Below are positions 18,557 to 27,964 of a stretch of 64,000 nt of DNA, in pieces. The stretch covers positions 465,999-529,998 of the forward strand of contig CBDFII010000004.1 of the NCBI GenBank assembly GCA_965248115.1, read 5' to 3'. The translations under genes and the position numbers were made by a program. The notes under the pieces are model-generated. The model was not told where the DNA came from and did not search any database. It saw only the letters and a list, made by a program, of their open reading frames with translations. Source of the DNA: Dehalococcoidia bacterium. Its GTDB lineage: Bacteria; Chloroflexota; Dehalococcoidia; Lucifugimonadales; CBDFII01. How positions within the stretch are numbered: position 1 is the first letter of the stretch; each line of letters starts with the position of its first letter.

Positions 18557-20632
18557 ATGGCATTTAGACTGTTAGTAACAATGATAGCGGTCCTCTTGGT
18601 AGCCTTGGCTTGCGCGGCTCCTCAGCCCACCCCAACCGCTACACCTACTCCAACCTCCCCACCCACCGCCACACCGACGGCGACACCCACTGGCGCACTT
18701 ACTTCAGTACCGCCAACACCCACCCCCACTCCAACACCGACTCCCACTGGCGCACTTACTCCAGTATCGCCAACACCCACCCCCACACCGACAGCGACAG
18801 CCACAGGCGCACTTACTCCAGTACTGCCAACACCCACCCCCACAGCTACACTAGTGTCGTTACCATCTCCGACTCCCACAGCCACACTAGTGTCGTTACC
18901 AACACCAACAGCTACACCAGTGATAACTGATCCAACCACATGGCGAACTGTTGAAGTGGAAGGCGCCTCGCTGGGTGTTCCCAGCTCCCTTAAGTCAACG
19001 GTCGACCAAATAGTGGCCCTTATTCCTAAAGGGCGTCCCGTAGTGCCCAATATAATTCTAAATCAAGAGGGAATAACAATCCTGTTCGCAGACCAATTGT
19101 TGGGAGCCGGAACAGTTACAGTAACAGGTAATGCAATAGGCAACGCTAATTTAGCCGACAAGCTAGTGCAGTTGGTGATAGCTGAGCAGCCACGTGAATT
19201 GGTCACTAGTGGAAGACAAGAATCAGTGGAATCAGTAGTGGGTAACCTTCAGGCTCTAGAGTTTGAGCTAGTCAAAGTAAGCTCAAATCTGAGATTGGTA
19301 TCCACAGTATTGGATGAGGGTGGAATAGTCCAGCACGTAACAGCCGGGGTCTTGCTAGCTGATGAGTCTGGGACAGCCCTGTACAGAGAAGTGCGGGATA
19401 ATGCCCGCAAACTGGCTGAAACGCCGACTGGTGACACAGTGGACTTGCTGATTTCGGCCGGAAACCAGCCTCGTTTATACCTCTTTGACCTTGCTCCAGA
19501 CCGTTTTTGGGTTGATTCCCTGGCTACAGTGGACGCTATAGTCCTCCCATCAAACATAGCTCGACGATTTTTAGAGTTGGTGGACTCATTCTTAGACGAA
19601 CCGTTTGTCGAAGATTTAGTGGTTTCGGATACGAGACCCCCCGATGTCCCTGTGCTATATATCGTAGATGTTAACTTCCCTTTAGCACGAGAGATCACGG
19701 ACATATCGATAATTTCCCCAGAGGACCGCATTGTAACATTCGAAGGTAACATCTTGGGCACCACCTTTAGTGTTCAGGAGAATGTTCGGACTGCTTCTGG
19801 AGGCCAAACCAACCTACCTGTTGATGTTACCTTAGAGGCCTCGGTAGCGTGGATATCTACGCCCTCTACAGTAAATCAGGCGCGTTTCATGGTGGCAGCC
19901 TCCTCCATCCATCAGAACGAGGAAGCTAAGGCACTGGAAGGACGTTTCAGAACTTGGGCCGTTGTAGTTCCTTCCGAGGAACTGGGTTTGCCACCAGGTA
20001 CCCAGGCTTTGGCGGTAGTCAAGCGAGAACGTTTAGGTTCTCTCGACCCAATATCAATCGGGCTGGACATTATAGATCTGGTCATGGAGAGTGTTACAAC
20101 CGTAATAGACCCATCACCTGCATCAACACCACCCACTCCCATTCCTACCTCCACGCCTACACCAACGCCCACTCCTACCTCCACGCCTACACCAACGCCC
20201 ACTCCTACCTCCACGCCTACACCAACGCCCACTCCTACCTCCACGCCTCCCCCGACTCCCACACCTACACCCACCCCCACACCACCTCCCCCACCAAAGG
20301 AAGTCTCCGCCGACATCGTGAACTTCGCTCTCCAAGATATCACCATTAGGGTAGGTACCACAGTTACATGGACCAACCGAGCCGATTTGCCCCACACCAC
20401 TACTTCCAGCCAACCCGGCGCTCAAACGGGATTGTGGGATAGCCCTACCCTTGGAGAGGGAAACTCCTTCCCCTTTACCTTCAATCAAACAGGGACTTTC
20501 AAATACTTTTGCAGATTTCATTCCTCTATGAAGGCGACCGTCACAGTTGTCGAGACACTGGCTGGGAATCCCGCAGTCGCCACACCCACTCCTAACAGTA
20601 GCGAAGAGGACACAGGTCCTTTCGGTTACTAG
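18557..20632 (+). CDS. Secreted Pro/Thr-rich protein with C-terminal cupredoxin (type-1 copper) domain
   Basis: N-terminal signal/lipobox (LLVALAC). Two PT-rich repeat linkers. The C-terminal domain has ligand-like residues PHTTTS ... YFCRFHSSM (His, Cys-x2-His-x2-Met). Confidence 0.75.
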   Translation: MAFRLLVTMIAVLLVALACAAPQPTPTATPTPTSPPTATPTATPTGALTSVPPTPTPTPTPTPTGALTPVSPTPTPTPTATATGALTPVLPTPTPTATLVSLPSPTPTATLVSLPTPTATPVITDPTTWRTVEVEGASLGVPSSLKSTVDQIVALIPKGRPVVPNIILNQEGITILFADQLLGAGTVTVTGNAIGNANLADKLVQLVIAEQPRELVTSGRQESVESVVGNLQALEFELVKVSSNLRLVSTVLDEGGIVQHVTAGVLLADESGTALYREVRDNARKLAETPTGDTVDLLISAGNQPRLYLFDLAPDRFWVDSLATVDAIVLPSNIARRFLELVDSFLDEPFVEDLVVSDTRPPDVPVLYIVDVNFPLAREITDISIISPEDRIVTFEGNILGTTFSVQENVRTASGGQTNLPVDVTLEASVAWISTPSTVNQARFMVAASSIHQNEEAKALEGRFRTWAVVVPSEELGLPPGTQALAVVKRERLGSLDPISIGLDIIDLVMESVTTVIDPSPASTPPTPIPTSTPTPTPTPTSTPTPTPTPTSTPTPTPTPTSTPPPTPTPTPTPTPPPPPKEVSADIVNFALQDITIRVGTTVTWTNRADLPHTTTSSQPGAQTGLWDSPTLGEGNSFPFTFNQTGTFKYFCRFHSSMKATVTVVETLAGNPAVATPTPNSSEEDTGPFGY
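18625..18935 (+). repeat. Imperfect tandem repeats encoding a ([12 protein letters not shown]) linker
   Basis: Repeated cccactggcgcacttac(t/c)(t/c)cagta..gccaacacccacccccac and tacactagtgtcgttacca units. Confidence 0.8.
20131..20290 (+). repeat. Tandem 30-bp repeat (about 3.5 perfect copies) encoding ([10 protein letters not shown])n
   Basis: The unit tcctacctccacgcctacaccaacgcccac is repeated head-to-tail from about 20143 to 20248, flanked by degenerate PT-coding sequence. Confidence 0.9.
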
Positions 20633-20745
20633 CAGCTAGGGTGGACTCAGGTTATCTTCTGCTAACGTAAAAGACTGCTGGTAGAAGAGGACCCTTACTG
20701 ATATACTTCCCCTGCCCAGAGCACCAGGGTAACGTAGAATTCCCT

Positions 20746-21270
20746 ATGCAGATAAAGGTCCTGGTCCTTTACGATAGCCACGGCCCACTGATGGATAGTC
20801 TAGCCACAGAGGTGGCCGAGGGAGTCTCCAAAGTAGAGGCGGCCCAGGCAATCATAAGACGGATACCTCAAGCCACACGTCAGGATATTCTGGCTGCCGA
20901 CGCCATCATCGTGGGCTCGCCTAACTGGAGTGGCATCACGGGCGCTTTCAAAAGCTGGCTGGACGACCAGGGCGATCTTTGGGAGGAAGGAGTGCTGGCG
21001 GGCAAGGTGGGCGCTGCCTTTGCTACCGGACGAGGGCGTCATTCGGGCCTGGAATTTACCCTTCTGAGCCTCATTCACTGGATGCTAGCCTGCGGAATGA
21101 TTATTGTGGGCCTACCGTGGAGCCAACGGATGCGAATTTCGGGCTCCTATTACGGGGTCACCGCCGCGGGAGAGGTCTCATTGGAAGATCGGGAGCAGGC
21201 ACAGCAGTTAGGAGAGAGAGTGGCCCACCTGGCAGTCCGACTAGTCTCAGGTAAGGATAGCTCAGACTGA
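20746..21270 (+). CDS. Flavodoxin-like fold NAD(P)H-dependent oxidoreductase (WrbA-like)
   Basis: 174 aa. Has I.VLY.S..G....LA..V..G and D.II.GSPN. plus the FK...D pattern of flavodoxin-like FMN reductases. Its TGA stop overlaps the next ATG (TGATG). Confidence 0.7.
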   Translation: MQIKVLVLYDSHGPLMDSLATEVAEGVSKVEAAQAIIRRIPQATRQDILAADAIIVGSPNWSGITGAFKSWLDDQGDLWEEGVLAGKVGAAFATGRGRHSGLEFTLLSLIHWMLACGMIIVGLPWSQRMRISGSYYGVTAAGEVSLEDREQAQQLGERVAHLAVRLVSGKDSSD

Positions 21271-21722
21271 TGGTGCAACAGGGACAACAGGCACCTCATT
21301 TTCGCCTGGCTACCACCAGGGGGGACGTTTCTCTGGAGGAGCTACTCCAGAATAATAAGTTGATCCTCACCTTCTACATGGAGGACAACACTCCCGGTTG
21401 AAACCAGCAGCTCTCCTCCTTTAAGGAGGAATACGATACGGTAAGGGAGCTGGGAGCTCGGGTGTTGGCGGTTAGCGCCGACGACCAAGAGTCTCACCGG
21501 GTATTGGAAAGCCGCCTGGGTACCTTTCCCTTCCCCCTAGCCAGCGACCCCTCCCTGGAGACAGTCAAGCTCTACTGTACGTTAAGCGACGACGGCAAAC
21601 GAAGTAACAGGGCGGTGTTTGTTATTGACACCGACGGTACGGTAATTCACTCCATCCCCTGGTTCCAGCCGGGCAACCCCTCTCAGCTCCTGGAGGTCTT
21701 TACTGCCCTCGGTTTGGAATAG
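21270..21722 (+). CDS. Bcp/AhpC-TSA family peroxiredoxin with in-frame UGA at the peroxidatic Cys (candidate selenoprotein, T-P-G-U)
   Basis: The ATG at 21270 opens a frame that reads MVQQGQQAPHFRLATTRGDVSLEELLQNNKLILTFYMEDNTPG-U(21399..21401)-NQQLSSF and continues in frame into track ORF 21462..21722. FY..D.TPGC is the Prx active-site motif. Confidence 0.7.
21414..21430 (+). promoter_or_regulatory. Hairpin downstream of the Prx UGA (possible SECIS, non-canonical loop)
   Basis: UCCUCCU-UUA-AGGAGGA, 7 bp, starting 12 nt after the UGA. An outer helix CAGCUCUC (21408..) / GGGAGCUG (21445..) could enclose it. No G in the apical loop. Confidence 0.3.
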
Positions 21723-21757
21723 CTCTAACCGGCAACGATGATTAAGGGCAAAGAAAA

Positions 21758-23131
21758 CTACGAGACCGTCGGGACGTCAAAGGGCCACCACGAGGGGTAC
21801 TCGCGAAGGCGCAGGTGCCTGAACAGTTGAGGGTGGGTATCCACAGCCAGCTTCATAGCCTTTTCCATGGGCTCCCGGATGGAGAAGTGGGCCTGGGGCT
21901 GGGTACGCAACTTGAACAGATGGTAGCACTCCCGCAGGTTTAGTTTTGTCAGCACCCGCCGCTTATGGGCATGAGTCACCAGATACTGGGCCATCTTTGG
22001 GTACTCCCCAGAAACCTTGCGATATCCTTCCTCCGCCTTTTCCATAGCCTGCTCAAACTCTTGCTGTAGGCCCGCCTTAACTATCAGCTCGGGTATTATA
22101 TAGTGATTATCCACGGTCAGGGGCTGGGGGATGTAGCTCTGCATACGGTGGCGCTTGAACTCCCGGTAGGCCCCGTAGTCCATAAGAAACTCAAAGGTGT
22201 AGTCCACCATCTCCAGCTCCCGCATTGGAGAGTCGTGGGGTCCCAACCTGTCTAAGCAAGATGCTATAAGGTCTTGCTGCTCTCTGGTACCCATCTCCTG
22301 GGCACGCTGCCACACTTGGGCATAGGGGAGATGGGAGAAGCGATACAGCAATGCCGCCGCCAGCCGTTCTTCTGCATTGGAGTCGTAGTCGACCAACGTC
22401 ACCCTTACCTCTTCCATCTCCGTGTTTATTCCGGTGGCACTCAAAGTCGCCGCCCAGTCCTGCTGACGCTGGCGGGATGCTTCAAGGTACTCGTTGCGGT
22501 CGGCATACTTAATAAGGGTGGGTGTAATCTCTCGCCCCTTCTCCCCAAGCTCCTCGCCCAGGGCACGCTCCTCAGCCAGCTCCGAGGAAAGGAGCTTGGT
22601 AATGGCGTGCTCCATGAGGCGGGCGTTGATGGTAACACCCACGTTGGTAAGGGTGGCGGCGGGGAGTAGAAAACGGCAGCTATCGGTGGCCTCCCGCCTC
22701 AGGCGCAGGTTGTAGGCCGAGTCCCTCTCATCCTCACGCTGGGGATGCACTGTCCTCAGGTACTCTTTAACGCCGTCTATCATGCGTGGATAGCTCTCGA
22801 AGAGGCGGTCGCAAGTGGTTATGTAAACTCGTTTTAGAGGCTCATTGCCGTCTAACTCTGCCGGCACGTGATAGTACCCCTGGGGCAGCACCTGGTATCG
22901 GGAGGACTTCTCGGTGTAGGAGGCCAGACGATTGTCCTCCAGAGTGTCGCAGGCCAGACGCGAGATGTTCTCAACCGCCATGTGGATGATGGCATGCTCG
23001 GCCACAGAGGCGTGTCCGTATCCCAGGACCCATCGCTCGTGGAACTGGGCCGCCTTCTCCTGGCTTACCTGTTTGGCGATCTCGTCGAAGGGCTCAGGGC
23101 GCCGGGAGGTCATGGCGAAGACCACCGCCAA
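21758..23131 (-). CDS. ThyX-fold (FAD-dependent thymidylate synthase family) two-domain protein
   Basis: ThyX-like motifs appear twice (ISRLACDTLEDNRLASYTEKSSRY and EFKRHRMQSY ... LRT...AH.SIR). Conserved-looking sequence (RRIYPLSPQELTEEQL) continues upstream of the TTG start with no ATG/GTG/TTG available, so the start is unresolved. Confidence 0.6.
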   Translation of the reverse strand: MAVVFAMTSRRPEPFDEIAKQVSQEKAAQFHERWVLGYGHASVAEHAIIHMAVENISRLACDTLEDNRLASYTEKSSRYQVLPQGYYHVPAELDGNEPLKRVYITTCDRLFESYPRMIDGVKEYLRTVHPQREDERDSAYNLRLRREATDSCRFLLPAATLTNVGVTINARLMEHAITKLLSSELAEERALGEELGEKGREITPTLIKYADRNEYLEASRQRQQDWAATLSATGINTEMEEVRVTLVDYDSNAEERLAAALLYRFSHLPYAQVWQRAQEMGTREQQDLIASCLDRLGPHDSPMRELEMVDYTFEFLMDYGAYREFKRHRMQSYIPQPLTVDNHYIIPELIVKAGLQQEFEQAMEKAEEGYRKVSGEYPKMAQYLVTHAHKRRVLTKLNLRECYHLFKLRTQPQAHFSIREPMEKAMKLAVDTHPQLFRHLRLREYPSWWPFDVPTVS

Positions 23132-23319
23132 CTGCTCCTCAGTAAGCTCCTGAGGGCTCAGGGGGTAGATACGGCGAGGGTAGGTAACGCTCTGCGTGGT
23201 AGCTATGGGATAGGCCCTTCACTGTGTTTCTTGTTGTTGGCCCCAGCATACATCCCAGGGACAGCCGCCACAAGATGACCCTGGGTTAGCAGGCCAGCAA
23301 GGAGTGGCTGAGCTGTGGG

Positions 23320-23739
23320 TTAGCCGCCCTGAGTTGGGCGCCTTGCCCTGAGCCGCCACATCAGCACAGAGGCCATCAATACTGCCATGGCTATGAGACC
23401 CCACTGGGAGAGGGAGGGGATGGGAGTAGGAGTAGTGGTAGGTACAGGTGCGGCTGCCACTGAAAAGCACGCAGAGAACTCCGACGTATTGTTGTTTGGG
23501 TCGGTGGCTGTCGCTGTGATAAAATCGCCCACCCCCACCGTGGCTCCGAAGGTAGCTGTGAAGCTGGCATTGCCGTTTCCGTCGGTGGTTACATCCTTAA
23601 AGCCGAAGAAGGTCTCGCCCTCACCGTTGCCGGAAGGATCGCAGGCGCTGTTGGAGAAGAACTCCAGCCTGAACTGGGTGCTGGCCGTACTGTTAAGCGT
23701 GCCCTCGATGGTAGTGCTCCCACTCTCGGCAGAGGTCCT
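23320..23739 (-). pseudogene. C-terminal fragment of a beta-helix surface protein with IPTL-CTERM sorting tail (separated from its N-terminal part by the IS)
   Basis: The 3' part of track ORF 23320..24174 reads RTSAESGSTTIEGTLNST...FRLEFFSNSACDPSGNGEGE...TPTPIPSLSQWGLIAMAVLMASVLMWRLRARR. This is the IPTL-type motif, then a TM helix, then a basic tail. Confidence 0.65.
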
Positions 23740-23743
23740 TGAT

Positions 23744-25392
23744 GAGCCTGTCTCAGAAGTCTGATCTGGCAATGGGTATGTCGTCAGGTGTAGCTTCGAA
23801 GCGAGATCAATTGGGGGGATACTGATATGCCGCTTCGACCGATGGGCCGAGAGCAGATGTGGATGTTGCCGCCGACGCTTGACGAGTTGTTGCCGTTGGA
23901 TCATCCGGCGCGGTTCGTCGCCGAGTTCGTCGATGCTCTGGGTCGAGATGCCTGGGCGGAGCTTGGCGTGGACATAGACGGGGAGGTCCTGGGAGCGCCA
24001 GCCTACCATCCCCGTGCACTGTTGAGTGTATGGCTGTACGGCTTCATGACCGGTGTGCGCTCCTGCCGGAAGCTGGAGGCGGCCTGCCGCGACCAGATTC
24101 CGTACCTGTGGTTGACCGGGTGGCAGCATCCCGATCACAACACTCTGTGGCGGTTCTACAAAGGGCATCGGCACGCCATGAGGAAGCTGTTCGAGCGCTC
24201 GGTGCGCACGGCAGTGGCCATGGCGTTGGTGGATCTAGCGGTGCAGGCCGTGGACGGGACGAAGGTGGTAGCCAACGCCTCAGTGAACAGGAGCTATGAT
24301 GCTGTGGGACTGAGTGGTCTGTTGGAGCGTCTCGAGAAGGCGATAGCCGACCTTGAGGCACAGAACGAAGGGGGAGAGGATGCTCCTGTTGCCCATCTGC
24401 CAAAAGAGTTAGCCGACAAGGAGGTCTTGAGGGACCGGGTGAGGCAGGCGATGGCCGACCTCGGGAGTCAGAAGCGCCACAAGCGGATCAACCTGACCGA
24501 CCCGGAGGCCCGACTGATGAAGGGCAGGCAGGGGATCGTGGCCGGCTACAACGTCCAGGCTATGGTCTCACCCATGGAGATCGATGGAGAAGCGGCCGGC
24601 ATGGTGGTCACAGCCGTGGACGTGGTTGATGCGGCCAATGACAATGCCCTGCTGGTGCCGATGGTCGAGCAGGCGGAGGAGACGACCGGGACGAGGGTGC
24701 CGATGACATTGGCCGACGCTGGCTACTTCGCCGTGAGCCACCTAGCGGAGTGCGACCGGCGAGGCCAGCAGGTGGTGGTGTCAGAAGCACGGCAGCGGTT
24801 CCTCACAGACGCGTATCACAAGGACCGATTCACCTATGACGAGCAAAGCGACAGTTTTACGTGTCCACAGGGACGGAGGCTCAAGTTCCTTCGCATCCAA
24901 CATACGAATGGAGTTCCGCTGCGTCTGTACCGGGCCTCTGGAGCCGTCTGCCAGGCGTGCCCGGCCTTCGGAGTCTGTACGAGAGCCCGCGAGACCGGCC
25001 GCAGTCTGGCGATAGGGCCCCATGACGGAGTGCTACGCCGCCACCGCGCCTGGAGGACCACGTTAGCCGCCAAAGAGGCGTACCGGCTGAGAAAGCAGCT
25101 GGTCGAGCCGGTCTTCGGAATCATCAAGGAACAACAGAGGGCACGTAGGTTCCTGCTGCGTGGCCTCGCCAACGTGGCGGCCGAGTGGACCATGTTGGCC
25201 ACCGCCTTCAACCTGCGCACCCTCTACCGGGTGTGGAGCTCCTCCCTCCATCTTCAACCCTCTACCTGACGGTCTGGAACCTTGTCATGTCTCGTGAGCT
25301 GAGGCCATTGACAGCTATCCCTCACCCCATCGTCTGCGTAATACTTCGCGTCGGAGTACGCCTGCCAACGGACGTCATTCTGAGACAGGCTC
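23744..25392 (+). mobile_element. IS element copy 1 (IS1182/IS5-like), 1649 bp
   Basis: Bounded by perfect 15-bp inverted repeats GAGCCTGTCTCAGAA (23744..23758 and the complement of 25378..25392). Differs from copy 2 (52451..54099) at only 2 positions that I could find. Confidence 0.8.
23827..25269 (+). CDS. IS1182/IS5-family DDE transposase
   Basis: 480 aa. The N-terminal LPP.LDELLP.DHPARFV and YHP..LL.V.LYG...G..S.R.LE motif is the transposase InsH-like N-terminal domain. A DDE region and a C-terminal Cys-rich segment follow. Confidence 0.85.
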   Translation: MPLRPMGREQMWMLPPTLDELLPLDHPARFVAEFVDALGRDAWAELGVDIDGEVLGAPAYHPRALLSVWLYGFMTGVRSCRKLEAACRDQIPYLWLTGWQHPDHNTLWRFYKGHRHAMRKLFERSVRTAVAMALVDLAVQAVDGTKVVANASVNRSYDAVGLSGLLERLEKAIADLEAQNEGGEDAPVAHLPKELADKEVLRDRVRQAMADLGSQKRHKRINLTDPEARLMKGRQGIVAGYNVQAMVSPMEIDGEAAGMVVTAVDVVDAANDNALLVPMVEQAEETTGTRVPMTLADAGYFAVSHLAECDRRGQQVVVSEARQRFLTDAYHKDRFTYDEQSDSFTCPQGRRLKFLRIQHTNGVPLRLYRASGAVCQACPAFGVCTRARETGRSLAIGPHDGVLRRHRAWRTTLAAKEAYRLRKQLVEPVFGIIKEQQRARRFLLRGLANVAAEWTMLATAFNLRTLYRVWSSSLHLQPST

Positions 25393-26601
25393 TACTGGAA
25401 AGTTTTGTAGGTTGTTGGCGCCGGAGTCGCCGTCCCCTACGTCGTTGGGGGTTACCCCGTCGGCACCCAGATCGATGCCCAACTCCCCGTTGGAGAATAT
25501 AGAGTTGCCCAGAATGGCGTTGCCGGTGCCATTTTCTACGAATATTCCGTCTACGTCGTTGAATGCGATGACGTTGGAGGAGCCGAGGAGAATTCCTCCG
25601 ATGGTGTTGTTGCCACCGGACGGCCCGGATCCGGTAGGAATGCCTAGATGAACCCCGTGGCCCGTGTTAGGCAACGGAGCAGCACCTGACACGTCTGTCC
25701 CAATGTGATTGCCTTGCACCAGGTTTCCTGAGACGTTGCCAAAAATCCAGACGCCATCACCATCGATCCCTGAAATTACATTAGCCGCCCCTGCCGTTGT
25801 TCCGCCGATGACGTTGTTGCTGCCCCCTTTTACATTCACGCCGAAAGGAGCCTTGAATACACCTACCGTGCCAGTGGCGTCTGTGCCGATAAAATTACCT
25901 TGCACAGTGTTTCCATTTGTCACGATAAGGACACCCCCGAACAAAACATTTCGAGCACCCGGAATGGAACCACCTACAGTATTATTAGATGACCCGCTTG
26001 TGACTACTATGTCTCCCTGATTATTGCTCAGCACTGTAGTGCCGTTGACATCGGTGCCGATAAAGTTCCCTTCGACGATATTACCGTCGTTCGTTTCCAG
26101 TCTAATGCCAGTGCCACTAAAGCGGTTAATGACCAGCCCGCGTATAGTGCTGTTCCCGGCATTGATTCTGAGTCCGTTAACAAATGGAGAGCCAGCGTTG
26201 ATCCCGTCCAGCTCGATCTTCAGAACGACGTTAATGCCAGACCCGGGGGGATTCGTGTTGGGGCTGGCCCCTGGTTGGGTGAACCCGTCAATGATCACCG
26301 GATTGGTGATGGTCGGCAGGCCAGATGCTGGCTGGATGGTGAATGCAGTCGTAGAAGCGTTGAAGCCAAGGTCGCTGGTGGTGATGTTGAAGGCGATGGT
26401 GTCTGTCCCCGCTAAGGCATTGGCAGCGGTAATCGCCTCCCGTAGTGAGCAATCGGCATCACAGACACCGTCGTTAGTATCGGCGGTCTTGGTAACGGTG
26501 AAGGTTGTCTGGGCCTGGACAACGCCCTGCGAGGCCACTAGCAATATCGCCGCCAAGCCAACAGCGATCAAGATGCCAATGAGAATCCTAGCTCTGCTCA
26601 T
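25393..26601 (-). pseudogene. N-terminal part of the beta-helix surface protein (interrupted by IS copy 1)
   Basis: Signal peptide, a CSLREAI motif, then many parallel beta-helix repeats (G..I.GN.IG.D..G). The real sequence ends ...DSGANNLQNFPV at the IS boundary; the remaining 5 codons of the track ORF are IS sequence. Confidence 0.7.
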
Positions 26602-26739
26602 ACCGTTGCTGAGCGTACACCAGGCTGGCTCTCAAAGACAAGGCTAAGCTTATTCCCGTGAATATCCCGCTCACTAGGAGCGGAGAGTGGCGAAGCCACT
26701 AGGCCCTAAGAATGGCCTTGGGCACGGGAATTTGCGGCC

Positions 26740-27945
26740 TTAAAGTAACAGAGTTGCCGGGTGCTCTAAGAGGTTTTTTACCTCCCCGATGAAGCGAGCC
26801 GCCTCGGCACCGTCAGCCACCCGGTGGTCCACAGAGATGGTGCCCTTCATTATCTGCGCTATCTTTATCTGGCCGTCCCGAACTACAGGACGCTCCATCA
26901 CCTTACCTACCGCCAGCACCGCCGAATTGGGGGGTAGGATAATGGCAGTGAAGCTCTCTACTTCGAACATACCCAGGTTGCTTATGCTGAAGGTGCTGCC
27001 CGTATACTCCTCAGCCCCAAGAGTCCCCTTCTGAGTCCGCTGGATGAGATCGCGGCTGGCCTTTGCGATCTCCACCAAGGACTTGTCCTGGCAGTTGTTG
27101 ATGGCGGGCACAATGAGCCCCTGCTCCAGGGCTATGGCGATCCCCATGTTTATACTGGAGTGCATCCGAAGATGGTCCTCGCTGAATGAGGCATTGAACT
27201 TGGGGTACTGCTCCAACACCTTGGTGACGGCCTTAATGAGGAGGTCGTTGACGCTTATACGTCCTTCGTTGTGAAGGGTCTGGTTGACCTGGTTGCGCAA
27301 CTCCAGGGCCGAGGTCATGTCGATTTCGGCGGTCACATAAAAGTGAGGGATCTGCTGCTTGCTCAGGGTAGTAACCCTGGCAATCGCCTGGCGCATGCGG
27401 GTTAGGTCAACTCGCTCCGCCGGTACCGCTTCCGCCGCTGGCGCTACGACCGCTGTATCTGCATAGGCTGTCAGATCACCCTCAGTAATGCGACCACCAG
27501 GTCCCGTGCCGGTGACCTTGGTAAGGTCTATGCCTTTCTCCCGAGCCAGCCTTCGGGCCAAGGGTGAGGCCCGTACCCCCCTCGCTGGGGATGGAGCTGC
27601 CACCGACTCCTTTTTCGCGGTTACAGGAGCTTCTGGAACAGCGGTCAAAACTTGGTCAGAGGACGCAGCTTGCTTGGTAAGCTTCTCCAGAGGAGGAATC
27701 TCCTCTTCAGCGTCGCCGATGACTGCAATAAGCTGCCCTACCGGCACCACCTTTCCCTCTTCCACTGCTATCTTGCGCAGCACCCCGGTGGCGTAGGCCT
27801 CCATCTCCACCACGGCCTTGTCCGTTTCTATTTCGGCGATTATCTCACCACGAGAGACCGAATCTCCCTCCCTCTTATGCCAACGGACGACGGTACCTTC
27901 TTTCATGTCGTAGCCCATTTGGGGCATGACAACGGTGGTAGCCAA
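26740..27945 (-). CDS. Dihydrolipoamide acyltransferase (E2) of a 2-oxoacid dehydrogenase complex
   Basis: N-terminal lipoyl domain (EIETDKAVVE), a peripheral subunit-binding domain (ASPLARRLAREKGIDL) and a catalytic domain with DHR..DG. Confidence 0.9.
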   Translation of the reverse strand: MATTVVMPQMGYDMKEGTVVRWHKREGDSVSRGEIIAEIETDKAVVEMEAYATGVLRKIAVEEGKVVPVGQLIAVIGDAEEEIPPLEKLTKQAASSDQVLTAVPEAPVTAKKESVAAPSPARGVRASPLARRLAREKGIDLTKVTGTGPGGRITEGDLTAYADTAVVAPAAEAVPAERVDLTRMRQAIARVTTLSKQQIPHFYVTAEIDMTSALELRNQVNQTLHNEGRISVNDLLIKAVTKVLEQYPKFNASFSEDHLRMHSSINMGIAIALEQGLIVPAINNCQDKSLVEIAKASRDLIQRTQKGTLGAEEYTGSTFSISNLGMFEVESFTAIILPPNSAVLAVGKVMERPVVRDGQIKIAQIMKGTISVDHRVADGAEAARFIGEVKNLLEHPATLLL

Positions 27946-27964
27946 ACTTCCCTCCTGCGCTTTA

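Noticed and set aside
18622-20400. Minus-strand ORFs 18622..19050 and 19912..20400 (GVGVGV repeats), and the short-period DNA repeats, considered as a possible CRISPR-like array.
   Set aside because: These are the antisense reading of the Pro/Thr-coding repeats. The repeats are contiguous with no unique spacers and sit inside a well-supported ORF.
17093-21401. In-frame TGA codons might indicate a reassigned genetic code (code 4, TGA=Trp, or code 25, TGA=Gly) rather than selenocysteine.
   Set aside because: TGA clearly terminates many well-supported genes in this window (for example the MFS genes ending at 3845 and 5148, and the flavodoxin-like gene ending at 21270). The two in-frame cases fall exactly on catalytic Cys positions, and a tRNA-Sec is present.
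23740-24174. A ~145-aa N-terminal segment (MPMPFVEPPQSVVIGMLPPGQPQV...) is shared by track ORFs 23320..24174 and 51823..52881. It might be an outward-reading IS gene creating fusion proteins.
   Set aside because: It lies antisense to the transposase 5' region, has no RBS, and has the Pro/Arg/Gly-rich composition typical of antisense frames in GC-rich genes. The two ORFs are simply read-through into different flanks (the IPTL-CTERM fragment, and antisense of the NHL gene).
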